Origin: the human T2T-CHM13v2.0 reference genome, Homo sapiens | Strand: one strand, 5' to 3' | NCBI RefSeq assembly: GCF_009914755.1 | Contig: NC_060925.1 | DNA: 64,000 nt | Part shown: positions 1 to 17,199 of the stretch, one piece after another | How the letters are laid out: each line of letters starts with the position of its first letter | Numbering within the stretch: position 1 is the first letter of the stretch | Translations under genes and position numbers: made by a program | The notes under the pieces: model-generated | The model's input: only the letters and a program-made list of their open reading frames with translations | What the model was told of the DNA's origin: nothing | The model's database searches: none

Positions 1-600
1 GTGTATTTCTCATCTCAGATAGATTTTTCAGCCTCTATAAGTTAAATTTTGGTCTATTTTATATAGTCTGTGTCTCTTCTTAACAAGCCCATGTTTTCTT
101 CTATTGTCTTGAACCATGGGACATATTTATAATCGCTGTTTTAAGGTCCATGTCTACAAATTCTATCATCTGTTTAGTTTCTGGATCAGTTTTTATCAAT
201 TGACTTTTTTTCCTTAATATGGGTTTTATTTTCCTTCTTCTTTTCATGCTTGATAATTTTTAATGGATCCCAGATATTGTGGATTATACATTGTTGGGTG
301 CTAAATTATTTTGTTTTCTCTTACTTTTGAGCTTTGTTCTTGGATGCAATCAGGCAACTTGAAAACATTTTGATCCTTTTGAGGCTTGCTTTTAAGTTTT
401 GCTATAGAAAACTAGACATTGTTTATTCTAGGGCTAATTTGACCCCACTACTCAGGCAATTTCCTTCTAAGTACTCAACTCAGTGCCCCATATATTATGT
501 TTTCTACACTTTGTTCAGAATGTGAATTATTCTCAGGCCTATGTGAGTTGTGGGGATTGTTCTGCTTGATTCCTTCCAGCACTTCTTTCCTTGGCCATAG
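1..600 (-). mobile_element. Ancient L1 (L1M-type) fragment
   Basis: T-rich, degenerate L1-like antisense sequence; boundaries approximate. Confidence 0.45.
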
Positions 601-639
601 GTAGTTTGGGATTCAAAATGAATTTTTAAACTATGAGTG

Positions 640-1650
640 AGACTTAAGCATATTTAAATATGGCTGAGACAAATTCACTGAAGCCTGATATTTAGGATGT
701 GAGACAAGAAGCCTGTAGAAAATAGGATCCAGACAGCAGGTGGAGAAATTGGTCTGAAATACAAGGGATGCCTCCTCTTACAATGGTAAGAAAGAAGGAG
801 AGAATCCAGATGTCAGAAAGTTTGTAGATATTTTCACAGGAAGTTGAGGAAGTTTCCACATATTGAGAGGTGTGTGTGTATGCGTGCATGTGTATGTGAG
901 AGAGAGAGAAGCAGGAGGCAGGAATGAGTAAGGAGAAAGGGAACGGGGTCAGTGATTTTAGGAGAATGGAACTGGGTCAGCTGATTTTAGAAAATGGAAG
1001 ATTTATAATAATTGGGGAAATGGAAAAATAAATTTACCCGAGAAGTATAACTAGATTGTAAGTATAGCCAGATGATGGCCAAAGTTCCAATTCATCCCAT
1101 TGTGTGATGCTTTTCCTAGTACAATCAAGGAGTTAATTGGTTCTTCCAAGGTTAGCGTTTTGGCAGCTTGGAATGCCAGCTTGATAGAGGAAGAAGTAAG
1201 GACAAGAAGGGGCTGATGAACAAAAAGTATAGTGTCAAGCACTGAAGGTCCAGTCAAAGCATGGTGTTATGAGAGCAGTTGAGTGGGCAAATTATGTTAG
1301 AAAAAAGAGGTGTAGTTAGCACCTGTTTTACTTAGTAACTTTGGCGAAGACCTCACCGTAGCCTCTGGTGGTGCCGAGGCCCAATAAATAATAGTGAGAC
1401 TGGGAGGGAGAAGTCATTAGAGATGAGAAAATCAAATAACTTAGTGTGCAGACTGTTAGAAGGATCATTCATGTGGAAATTTAATTCACCTTAAGTCACA
1501 TTAAGTCAGAGAGATGTTAGGGTACAGGGGAATCTGTGAGCCAGGTGGAATTCTTCACTAAAGGAGCAGGCCTCACTAGATGATTAGCAGTTGAAACATT
1601 GCTGAGAGGGAGAAGATGGTACAGTCAGATGGCAGGAGCTTCAGACTGAA
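640..1650. mobile_element. Degenerate L2-like fragments with (TG)n/(GA)n microsatellite at ~869-908
   Basis: Purine-rich L2-like tracts, highly diverged. Confidence 0.35.
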
Positions 1651-2240
1651 CCACAATCTGCAGGAGTGCCTCATGGATCCTGGTAACATATGCTTGAAAA
1701 TTTTATACAAATGAATTTCTGTCAGTGTTTGGGCAGATTTGAAGGGACTTACCCAATTTTGTAATTTGTATCAATCCCCTCTGAAGGCCCAAACAATATC
1801 GGGAACTCTGAAGAGGAGGCAGGTGTGGGCCCCAGATTTGAAAGGTAAACTCGTAGGACACAGCCTCCTTCACCTCCTATGCTCACATTCTTGATGGGCG
1901 GTTACCATACCCCCACCAAAAATCATCACCATCCCACTGGCACTCTTCCTTGGTAGAAATGTGGGGACCTCACTACTCTTGTGAATTATAGAGGGAAAAA
2001 TAATGAAAGTGAATATGAGGATGAAGCCAGATTATAAAGATCCTCAAAAACAGAATAAGGGATTTAGACTTCTTAGTAAAAAGACCATTCGAATTAAGAG
2101 TCCAGAATCCTAAGTCCTAGTCCATTTTCTCCAGAACAACTAGATATGTTAAAACTTTCAGAAAGATATTTAATTAACCTCTCCAGGCCTTATTTTTTTT
2201 TTTCATTTCTAAGGTAAATAGGTAGAGTAGGTTGATTTGA

Positions 2241-2591
<351 letters not shown>

Positions 2592-2697
2592 TCTTTTTTT
2601 AATTATAATTTAAAATGGTAAATAAAAAAAAATCAACATAAACACATGCTGTGTACTAAATTTTAATCTATTGGAAATTGTTTACATGTTAACTCAC

Positions 2698-3060
2698 TGT
2701 ATTAGTCCATTCTCAACACTGCCAATAAAGACATACTGAGGCTGGGTAATTTATAAAGAAAAAGGGTTTAATGGACTCATAGTTCCACATGACTGGGGAA
2801 GTCTCACAACCATGGTGGAGGCAAATGAGGAGCAAAGTCACATCTTACATGGCGACAGGCAAGAGAGCCTGTGCAGGGGAACTGCCCTTTATAAAACCAT
2901 CAGATCTCATGAGACTTATTTACTATCAAGAGAACAGCACAGGAAAAACCCACCCCCATGATTCAATTACCTCGCACCAGTTCCCTCCCATGACATGTGG
3001 GGATTATGGGAGCTACAGTTCAAAATGAGATTTGGGTGGGGACACAGCCAAACCATATCA
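2698..3060 (-). mobile_element. THE1 solo LTR (MaLR)
   Basis: Termini tgtattagtcc...aaaccatatca and a perfect 5-bp target-site duplication (TSD) ctcac at 2693-2697 and 3061-3065. Confidence 0.92.
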
Positions 3061-3675
3061 CTCACTATCTACTTTTTTGTCTTCTATAGATTTACTAATA
3101 AAGCCACTTCTCCCATATCTCTCTATATATTTGAAATTCTTGTAATTGTGACTTGGGAATAGCTATAGGTTGGTGTTGATATATTGTTTAATTGCTATAT
3201 ATTGTTTAATTTAGTCCTATATATGTCTGCCAAAAAAATTCTATTAATACTAAATTCATACATCACAGTCACTGCTTTTTCTATATTTAAAAAATCAGGT
3301 AGTTTTAATTATTTGCATAAAATCAGGGTAGTTTTCTTTAAAATATAAGCAATCATTATAGTAATGGTTTAACTTAAAAAGTTTCTGTAATGTTCCCTAA
3401 CTTTATCTTTCAATTTTCTTGGTCAGTTCAATGAATTAATATTCTGACATTGCAAGACAAGGTAATTCACAACTTATCAGCTCTTTATTGATTTTATACA
3501 TAAAATAAAACACAAACACTGGATGCAAAGTTAATATATGACTAAACTGTTACCAACAAACCTAAATATCAAATTTCATTTTTTATTGAAATAGCCTGTT
3601 ATAATTTGAGCTCAGTAATAAATGTACTAATACAATGCTATACTTACCTGTTTCATGTATTTGAACGTGGAATAA

Positions 3676-3990
<315 letters not shown>

Positions 3991-4089
3991 AAAAGGGTAC
4001 TTTTACTACAACTTTTTGAAAACCACTGGATTAAATTATCTTTGAGATTCTTTCTAAGATTGTATTATTCTGAAATAGGGATCCTGTAA

Positions 4090-7080
4090 GTAATTTTTCA
4101 TAACTATTGAGACATGATTCACAGATCATAAAATTCACCCTTTTATAGTGTAAAAGTCATGATTTTTAGAATATTCACATAGTTGTGCAGCCATCACCAT
4201 GATTTAATTTCACAATATTTTTATTATCCCCGCCACGAAAACTCTGTAGCCATTAGCAATTACACCTCCTGGCAACCACTAACCTATTTTTTGTCTCTGT
4301 GGTTTTGCCTCTTCTGCACATTTTATATGAATCAAATCATACAATATGTGGCCTTTTGTGTTTGATGACTTTTACTTAGCATGATGTTTTCAAGGCTCAT
4401 TCATGTTTTATCATGTATCCATACTTCATTGTTTTTTGGGGACTTAATAATATTCTTTGTATGGATATACCACATTTTGTTCATCTTTTCATTCATTGAC
4501 ATTTGGGTTGTTTCCATTGGCTTTTATGAATAATGCTGCTATGAACATTTGTGTACAAGTTGTTGTGTAGACATATAGTTTCATTTCTCTTGAGTATATG
4601 TCCAGTTCTAGAGCTGTATTTATTCTTAACATTTCTGGGAACTGCCAAACAGTTTTTCAAAGTAGGTGCACCATTTTACTGTCCCACCAGCAATGTATGA
4701 GAGTTTCAGTTTCTCCACATTCTCTTCAACACTTGTTATTATCTGTCTTTTTATGTAAGCTATCCTACTGGGTATAAAGTGGTATCTTATTATGGTTTTG
4801 ATTTGTATTTCCCTAATGACTAATGATGTTGAGCATCTTTTCATGTGCTTATTGACCATTCGTGTATCTTCTTTGGATAAATTTCTATTAAAATCCTTTG
4901 CCTATTTTTTTGCCTTTGGATAAATTTGGATAAATTTTGCCTTTGGATAAATTTCTATTAAAATCCTTTGCCTTTGTCTCTTTATTTTTGAGCTGTAAGA
5001 GTTCTTTACATATTCAGGAAATCGGTCCCTTATAAGATAAGTGATTTGATAATATTTCCTCCTATTCTGCTTTTCTTTTTACTTGATGATGTTCTATGAA
5101 GCACAAGGTTTTTAATTTTGAGAAATTCAGTTTATTGATTTTTTCCTTCTGTTGCTTGTGTTGTTAGTGTCTTATCTATGAAACCATTGCCTAATATAAG
5201 ATAAAGATTTACTACTATGTTTTCTTCTAGTAGTTTTATGGTTTTAGCTCTTAAATTTAGGACTATGATCCATTTGAGTTGATTTTTTAATACGGTGTGA
5301 GGGAGAGGTCCAAATTAATTCTTTTACATGTGGATATCCAGTTGTCCCAACAATTTGTTGAAAAAAAATCTTTTTTTCATTTATTTGTGTTGGCACCCTT
5401 GTTGAAAATGAATTGCCCATAAATGTAAGTTTTTATTTCTGAACTGTCAATTATAGTTCGTTAATCTATTTGTCTATCCTTCTGCCAGTACCACACTTTC
5501 TTGATTATTGAAGCTTTATAATCAGTTTTAAAATTGGGAAGTGTGAGTCCTCCAACCTTGTTATTGTTTTTCAAGATTGTCTTGGCTATTCTGGGTCCCT
5601 TGCACTTACATATGAATTTTAGGACACTTAAATTTTAGGATTGACTTCTTTGTTTCTGCAAAAAAAAAAAAAAAAAAGAAGGCCATAGCAATTTTGATAG
5701 GGATCGCATCAAATCTGTTTGATCCGTACTTTGGGCTACATTACTGTCTTAACAATTTAAGTCTTCCAGTCCATTAGCATGAGATGTCTTTTCATTTATT
5801 TAGGACTTCTTTGATTTCTTTCAAAAGTGTCTTGTAACTTTCGTGTAATACAAATTTTACAGTTTTGTTAAATACATTCCTAAGTATTCTATTCATATTG
5901 AGGCTATTGTGAATGGAATTGTTTTCTTAATTTTTTGTTTTCTAATTGTTCATTGCTAGTGTAAAGAGATAAAATTGATTTTCATATATTGATCACAAAT
6001 CCTGAAGCTTTGCTGAGCATATTCATTAGTTCTAGTAGTTATTTTCTTCATGTGCATTTTAGGATTTACTGCATAGGAGATCATGTCATCTGTGAATAGA
6101 GGTAGTTCTGATTCTTCACTTCCAATCTGAATGCCTTGACAAAGACATTCTCCTAGACTAGTCGCCCCCATAGTTTATTGTTGCTGTTTGTTGTTGTCAT
6201 TCCTCTTTGATGACTTTCTTGGTTTTTGTAAAGTCTATATTATTGTCATGTGCATCTCAGTTAACATTAGTGGTCAGCTCAGCTAACAACTGGACAGAGA
6301 TTTCATTAAGTCTTTGCTGAGGGGTTCTGTGTATATTGAGCCATGCTTTCAATGCTCCAAGAGTCAGTTTACAACTGTGCCTTAACTTTCACTTTCTGCA
6401 TGCACAGAGCAGCAAGATCAGCTAGAGGTAAGAGACTAGGACCTTCTCAAGTTTTTTCTGGGCATGCACATAGCTTTGCACATGTGTGTAGACTGCTAGA
6501 TTTCCAGAAATGCCTTAGAACTTTTCAGAGATCCCTATTAACATCTCATTCCCTAGATTTTGCTCTTATTTTTTCATTGGCCAGAGCCAGTACTGCTTCT
6601 TTGGTGACTGCCATGTTAAACACTTGCCACTGATTGTTTCCAACAGATGTTCTAAGGATATAGTTCTTATCAATCTGAGTCAAGTAAAATCAAAACAAAG
6701 CCTGAGAATGGAACTTTTCACAGAACTGTGAGACAAGTGAAGTAATGTCATTTCTCTGAAGATGGGGCTCCTGGGCACTCCAAACCCATTCTTCCCCCCT
6801 CCAGCATCTATGAGGCTGTTGGATTTCACAGTTGCAAGTGTTGGCTTTCAACACTACCAGGGAACTGGGGAGAGGGTAATGGGAATAGGGTATATTTAAA
6901 ATGCCACAAACCTTGGTAGTTCTCACAGTATTGAGCCATTTTTCTTGAATAAACACTCCTTGGAGTGTTGCAGGCCTTTAGTTAGTTCAGAGTTCTGAAA
7001 AAGTTTTTTTTGACAATGTTTGCCAGTGTTCATGTTGCTTTTATAGAGGAGCAGACTTTCAGAGGTCCTTACTTCACCAT
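4090..7080 (-). mobile_element. Old L1 (L1M) 3' end, ORF2 remnants and upstream fragments
   Basis: Minus-strand ORFs give L1 ORF2 motifs [23 protein letters not shown] (4626-4859) and LPLFTDDMI (RT FADD-like, 5956-6171). Confidence 0.85.
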
Positions 7081-8569
7081 TCTGCCTGTAAGGGTGTTTG
7101 AGTAGAGGTGTGTCCCCACCAAAGCCAGGTGTATGGAAGTCTAGTTTACCAGTGTCTGATGTCCATATGCTGGCATGGAGATTGGTGAACTGTAGTGTGA
7201 TGAGCTGATCCAAAATGGCCATTCAGTTAAGGAAAACTAAGAACGTTACCAGAAAAAAGATACAAGGCCAAAAGTTCAAAGATTTAAAAGTAAGTAACAG
7301 ATTGAGCTGACATGGAGGATGACCTGATTGAGCATAGGAGACCTCTCCTGTGCCTGCTCTCTGCACCCCTTCCTCCCCCATTTCCCACTGTTTGCATTCA
7401 CGGCAGACTACACAGATAATAGTGTAGAAGAAGCATCAGAATGGGGAAAAGATAACTAAGATGAAATTGCATTATGGAAATATAGTGATCTATTTTTAAA
7501 ACACTTATGTGTTAGCTCACGTAATCTTATCACTTGAGAGGACATGAACATGAATCTCTGTTTTATAACGGAGAAAAATGAGACTTTCAGTAGATCAATT
7601 ACTTCCCAGGCTTAGGGCTAGCAACAGGTAGAACTACTCCTAGCTCTTTTGATTTGTCAAGTACTTTTTGCACTATTAGATAATAACACTCTATTAGAGG
7701 AGTTTTAGTAGTAAGGAAGAGCCTATTTTGAGATACTATCCGGAGGAAAAATCACCAGTGTATATCTGGTTGGTCATGTGAGATTAAAAAAGAGAAGATG
7801 CCCAAAAGTTGGAAAAGGTAATGCATTAGAAGTGTAATTTTAAAACATTGCAGCTAGCCAAAAAACAAGTGCCATTCTAATGTAGGGAAATAAAGATCAA
7901 GTTGCTATTAATTCGGTGAAAGAATCAGGGAAATAATTACTGAATATTTAATCTTAGCCAGAAATGTCTATATTTTGCTAATTTTTCACCATGTGTCAGC
8001 AGCACTGTAAACAATAGCAATTACAATAGTTACTTGGAATTGGATATCTAAATTTGTTAAATATTACACAGTTGGGAGTATATTATATTCATTTGCTCCC
8101 GTTTGTTTATATTTTAATATCTTGAAAAATGTCATATATTATTTAGCGCTATATTCAATATTTTACCATCTATATTATTACTGTCCACCAGACTACTAGA
8201 GAGTTACTTAAGTGTAATACTGTAAGTTTTGACTTAAGTGAAGACTCAAAATATTTTGGAGAAACTGGGTCGGCAGGGGGCAGCACAGTCTTACAATGTA
8301 TAAAATGTGGTCATTTGAATGACCATTCAGAAATAAGATATAAAGATAGTGTAGTTCATGGCTTTTCAAGCTTTTCAAGCATTCAGACCCTTTATTTCAA
8401 ATGAAATATTATTTATAACTCAAAAAAGTAAGGCAGAGAAAAGTGATATTTTACTAACAAATCTTATTTTATAATATTTACTTGTAACATCTATTAATAC
8501 TGAAAATGATAGGGTTGTTTTGATGAACAAAAAATTGAGAATAAAATTTTCTAGAGGGTACTGTTACTA

Positions 8570-9130
8570 TATTATTTTTATAGATGAGGAAATTGAGTCT
8601 CAAGGAACTTTTAAAACATGTCCAAGGTCACGCAGATGGCAAAAAGTTAGAGCTTATTCATAAACTCAACTGTCTTACTCCAAAGCACAGGCACCTACAG
8701 TTATGCAATTGCTGCTAATACGTTTTCATCTTGCTGCAGCTCTGAAATCCAGTGCAATGTATTTCTTTTGTTTTAATTATACATTTTAGAGAAAACTCTG
8801 ATTCATATAGATAAGGAGTTACAAATGATAACTTTGACAGCTTGCTCTTTAAACTTCAAATATTCTCAATTAAACAGAAATGACAGGTAAATCTTTAGTC
8901 CAAGATACAAATAATAATACATTAAATTTATTTGCAATACAATGTGTTCCCTAATATATTAACAAGTGATATAACTATTAAGGAAGTAGACATAGTTATT
9001 TCACCTTTTTTAGATAACTGAAGTATGGAGATGCTAAATACCTTACTAAAGTCACGGTCCTGTAACAGACCCCCGTAAATCTGACTGCAAAGTTTCCTTT
9101 CCTTACGAGTACACTATATTGCCTCTATTA
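8570..9130 (+). mobile_element. Two MIR fragments
   Basis: MIR core-like sequence ttttatagatgaggaaattgag...ccaaggtcac and tagataactgaag...aaagtcac. Confidence 0.55.
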
Positions 9131-9498
9131 TATTACTCATTTATATACTCGTATTGTTCTTATTTTAATTTTTAAATAGTTAAAATTATATTTTTAAAAT
9201 GAAATTCAATAGATTTCACTAACCACTGTTGGAAAACCAATAGTCTATGGATAATTATAATCCAAAACATGGAAGACACTTAGAAATCATTTGGGGCTGT
9301 TATATTAATAATTTAATTTATTTCTATTTAGTTTTCTAATAATAAAAACATTTATATTAAAAACAGATTCAAATCATCTCATTTAAAACAAATTCATTAA
9401 AGGGAACATATAACATAATTGGATATATCAACTTGTGTAGGAATAACTGATTCTAACACTCTATATGCTGAGTGACCAATTTAAAAAGCTCACACTTC

Positions 9499-9641
9499 CC
9501 CCAGGTGTAAATGTGAGAGCATTTCTGGGATACGGAGTCTTTAGCAACCCAATATGTGTCAGCAGTGACTCAGATATCTCAGAGAAAGAAGCTTTTTGAA
9601 ATTTTCAGAAATGTGATAGACTAGTAAGAAATCAAGGAAGT
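9499..9641 (+). repeat. Dispersed duplication, copy 1
   Basis: 143 bp nearly identical to 11124-11273. Confidence 0.9.
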
Positions 9642-10668
9642 CAGCTACATTAATTTTGAAGCACAATGTGTAGTTCTTAGTATGCGCTAAAGGTCTGTAG
9701 GTTAGAAAAATCTTACATGATTACTACAACTATAACGTGTCTAGATCAGTAAGATTGATTATAATAAAACATTTTTAAGTCTATGTTTTGCTACAGGGTA
9801 AAAAATTGCAATTTTTTGCTCAGGATATAAAATGTGCACAAAGCAAGTATTATCTCAAGTAAAGACTTATCTATCACTAGCACAGCTAAGTAAGTTGTGA
9901 TCCCTGCTCAAGCACTCAGTCATGCAGCATATTTGGCCTTATTTTTTGAAGATGTATATCTGAGCATGTTACTCCCCAGTTCAAAATGCCTCTCTTGCTT
10001 CCATTACTTGTAGAGTAGGTCCAACTTTTCTTACCACCGCATTTCATGTCTTTCATGATTTATTATTTTCATTCAGCAATATTTATTAAGTGCCTGCTGA
10101 ATGATAGGCACTGTACTAATTTGAGGACATACAAAGATGAATAAAACAAAAGTTCTGCCCTGAAGGGACTCACAGTCTAGTGGGAAAGACAGACAAAGCA
10201 ACAGTTACAGGACAGAAAGTCTCTAATAGAAATATTCATATAGTGCTGGATGAGTAAAATTTGGCTTCAATCTTCCTTTCCATCTGCATTTTCCACCCCC
10301 TCCCCATATACACATGCCACTCCAGACCAGTTTACATTTACCAAACGTGATACCCACTTTTGGGGGCTTAGCTCATACTTTCTTTGTGTGAAATGCCCTT
10401 CCCTATGCCTGCTGAAATACTATTAGGACCAACTTCAGGTATCTCCAGAATATTGTTTCTGTTACCAGAGTTAATCATATCCACATATTTTCTCCCATAA
10501 AATCTCTAAAGGCAGTTTATCATAGTCTGCCTTGAAATCAGTTCATCTATTCCCTAGTACAGTGCTTGTGCTGAACAGACATTGAATATACTTTTCTACT
10601 GCTGAGTCTCTAAATAACAACTTTATTTCTAGTCTATTCTGTTTCCTTCAGTAAGATAAAAACAGTAT

Positions 10669-10955
10669 GGCCCGGCATGGTGGCTCACATCTGTAATCCC
10701 AGCACTTTGGGAGGCTGAGGTGGGCAGGTCACCTGAGGTCAGGAGTTCAAGACCAGCCTGGCCAACATGGTGAAACCCCATCTCTACTAAAAATACAAAA
10801 ATTAACCGGGCGTGTTGGCTCATGCCTGTAGTCCCAGCCACTTGGAAGGCTGAGGCATGAGAATCACTTGAACCCAGGAGGCAGAAGTTGCAGTGAGATC
10901 ACGCCACTGCGCTCCAGCCTGGGCAACAGAGTGAGACTCGGTCTCAAAAAAAAAG
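10669..10955 (+). mobile_element. Alu (S family)
   Basis: Sense Alu with A-tail; TSD aaaaacagtat. Confidence 0.95.
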
Positions 10956-11123
10956 AAAAAACAGTATATGGCCTATTTATTATTTTTGCAACTGGCCTGA
11001 AGTCTGGTCACAAATAAAATGAATTAGGATTATAAAATGAATATGAATGTTTCTAAAAACTGTTAAACAAAATGTAAACAGTGTATTAGGTACTACAGTA
11101 TAATGGATACTGTTGGTTTTCTG

Positions 11124-11273
11124 CCCCAGGTGTAAATGTGAGAGCATTTCTGGGATACAGAGTCTTTACTATTTAGCAACTCAATATATGTGAGCAGTGA
11201 CTCGGATATCTCAGAGAAAGAAGGTTTTTGAAATTTTCAGAAATGTGATAGACTAGTAAGAAATCAAGGAAGT
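11124..11273 (+). repeat. Dispersed duplication, copy 2
   Basis: 150 bp; copy 1 plus a 7-bp insertion and a few substitutions. Confidence 0.9.
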
Positions 11274-11491
11274 ATGTATATACTACATATATACTATATG
11301 TAGTATATATGGTCTATATGTGTATATATGATGTACATACGTAGTATATGTATACTACATACTATATGTTATATATACTACATATATACTACATACATAC
11401 TATATGTATGTAATATATACTACATATATATACTACATGCATACTATATGTATGTATGTACTACATATATACTATATGTATGTAGTATATA
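11274..11491. repeat. AT-rich minisatellite (tactacatatatactatatg-like units)
   Basis: Degenerate tandem units with internal inverted symmetry. Confidence 0.9.
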
Positions 11492-11599
11492 TGGTCTCAG
11501 GAGATCGAGACCATCTCCACTACTTCTTTCCTTAAAAGAAATCCTATTTTGTTCAGGAAGCCAAACTTAGGCTATACAATTCCCACAGAAAAAAATAAT

Positions 11600-14096
<2,497 letters not shown>

Positions 14097-16002
14097 ATCA
14101 TAGCAGGGATTTTTATGACCATTTCCACATGATGCTATGGTCAAACGCTGATAAAATATTTTGTTATTATGGTTATTTATGTGAATGTTCTATGATTCAT
14201 TTTTCTTCTATCTTAAATCTTAGATATGTTAATTTTTAGTGTTAATATGTAGTGCTTAGGAAAGAAAAAGTGATCATTTTCTACTTCTATTGTAGCTCTT
14301 CCTTTCCTAACCTGAATGTCAGAGCTGTGCTCCATGAGTGTGGTAATATCGTGATTCTGTTTCATTGAACCATCTTTTCATCTTCCTTGGCTCCTGCAAG
14401 GCTAATAACTGCACAGCAAGAGCCTGTGGAGGGTACTTACAATTGGAGCAACAGCAACATCACCTGCTCCCCAGTAATGTGGATAACAGTCTCACTGAAG
14501 ACCAAGGGGGAGAAAGCAGGGACAGACAACTCAGTTGAATGGGCTCTGTAGTTGACGTCTGTTTTTTCTGCCTAGCATTCATATCTTTCTTATGCACACA
14601 GTACCCAGATTTTGGTTGGGAGACTAACCTGCCCCTGTATTATGCTGAAGCGGACTTTATTGCAAAGCCCTAGAATTAAATCTCATGGGCTCTAAGCAGC
14701 AAGTTCCAGGATTTGGGTTTGAGCAAGTAGGATGCTGTCTTCCTCTTTCCCATGACACTCAGAGCTGCCGGCAACTAGGAGGGAAAAGTCTGCCAAAGAA
14801 TGAAGCCAAAGTTGGGAAACAAACCTGAGAAATGGATAAAGGAGAACTGGTTCCTAGTAACATGGGTTGAGGCCTGGATCAATGAGTGCCTGAAGCTGCC
14901 TGTGTACAAACTGTACAAAGCCACTGCTCACTCCAGTAGGCTGTCCCTTTGATACACTCGGTATTTTTACAAACCCTACTAAAACCCAGCCTGGCTCTCC
15001 TTTACGCTAGACTTACAGTGTGGAGGATGGAAAGGAGGTGGGATTTGGAGCAATTATGCTCTTTCTTCCTCTCTCCTGAAATTGCCTCTGGTGATCTCCT
15101 CCTTACCTAGTTCCCTGGGGCTAGGAAAGGACCCTGAGGAGGGAGCCTTGCTGCTAGAGATGAAGCTCATCATTAGCGGCAGCTCTAACTTTGCAGCAGG
15201 TGACTTCCCTTGTTTTAACTTCAGCACCCTCTGTGATCGCCCCATTTTCAGAAAAGTATAATGGAAGCATTTCACATATAAATAAAATTAAAAACTGAAT
15301 GCTATCTTCCAGACACAGTGAGAATTAAGTTGCACAGACACTATTCAATAGATAATTCAATTATAGTAATTATCATTGTACAGTTCAGTAGTTTCACCTT
15401 AAAAAATATTGAACATAAGTAGTTACAAGTAAGCTGGAAGTAATTTAATATTAATAAAAAGCCCAGTATGTTAATAGGAATTATATTGTATTTTTAATCA
15501 TATTGTTTTTTCTCTATGTATGTACAAGCTTCCACCTGATTTTAACCTATTCACACCATTAAGTAAATGTAATGGCCACCTTAACCACTAATTCTGGTTA
15601 TGGTAAACATATAGAGTATATTCATTCCTCTAAAAATTACATATACTTTACTTTCACAGAATTACTTGTAATCCTTTACCCTAGGGCAGAAGACTCAGGG
15701 GGAAGGAGGGGAAGTATTAAAAAGAAGTAAAATATTATGCAAGATGGAAAGAAGTTTTACTTTGGGGAGCCTGTGGGACTGTTCTTTTAAGTAGACCTAG
15801 TTATGATTGGAATTTGTTTGACTTTGCATTAATCACCTGCAGCTACTGCTACCTAGGCAAGCCCCAGTTATAAATTAATGATGAGATCTGCAGAGGGAGT
15901 AGATGGAGATTCCTGAATATACACTGAATGGAGCAGCATGCCCTGAGGAGTAGTCTGAGGAAAGCTGCCATTTGGGCAGACAGCATCGATATTTAATTTG
16001 AG

Positions 16003-16115
16003 GTTGTTTGTTTTTGAGACAGATCTCGCTATGTTGCCCAGGCTGCTCTAGAACTCCTGGGGTCAAGTGGTTCTCTTCTGTCAGCCTCCCAAGTAGCTGA
16101 AATTATAGGCGAATG
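16003..16115 (-). mobile_element. Alu monomer fragment (FLAM/AluJ-like)
   Basis: gagacagatctcgctatgttgcccaggctg...tcagcctcccaagtagctg. Confidence 0.75.
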
Positions 16116-17199
16116 CCCCCCCCCCCCTTTTTTTTTTTTTTAACTACAGTGGTTCTGTTTACATAGCTATTCTTTACTGCTTTTCTTGTACTGAGTGATC
16201 TCTTTGGACTGCCACAACTCTACCAACATTGAATTGACAGTTACACTAATGCCAGTGGAAGGGACATGAGATTAGCACTTTTTCTAGGGCATAAATTCAT
16301 AATGAACTCTTCTAGATAATAGTTTCTTGTGTTATGTAAACACCACTATATTTCAGCAGGGCTTACTAAAATAGAATGTGATCAACAAGGATCTTAATGC
16401 TCTTGCTTTTTGTTTGGATTTGAAGATAACGATTTTCACAGCAGTGAAGTGGGGAGTGTTTTCCTTAAGATTGAGAAAGGCCTTTCCATCGCTTTCTTTG
16501 GGCATCGCTTTGTTTCTCAAAAGTGGCAGTATGACTTCTGTGTATAAACAACTATTAGGTTCACATCTTATCTGACAGTAGGTTAATGTGAAAAATACTA
16601 TATTGTGAAAAATGTATCTCACAATATTCTAACAGATGCTGCTAGTATTATAGCCTAATGTAACAAATGCACCAAATGTGCTCAAGCATGTTTTTGACAC
16701 TATTTTCATAAGTGATGATATATCCTAATTGAAACTTACTAAAATTGTTTTCTCCAACTGTCATGAAAACATACCAAACTATGTGTTTTGTGTACCCATG
16801 ACTTAAGAATATAAAATGTGTATTCCTTTTGGCTTCCACTCTGTAGTCTACAGTTAAAAATAGGAGATTTTACCCTTCTGTATATTAGTCCAACAAGTTT
16901 GTTCAGGCTCCAGGTATGTATTAATTCTCCTTCATTACTTCTACAGCCAGTAGTAGGTTTAAACTCCAGGATTCTTTAAAACATTTTAAAAAATTTTAAC
17001 TACATTGTTATAGGGAATACTGTTAGTGTCTTTTTTTTCTTTTCTTTTTAATTCATGGATTGGATCTCTTTGGGAATCTTCAAAGAAAGTTCTGTATATT
17101 TATTTTTATCGTTGTATATTCATTTGTGTATACTGTGTCTTTTCATCATGTAATTCTTTTCTTAAATCTTCTTTCTTGCAAAACCCAACACACATTAGA

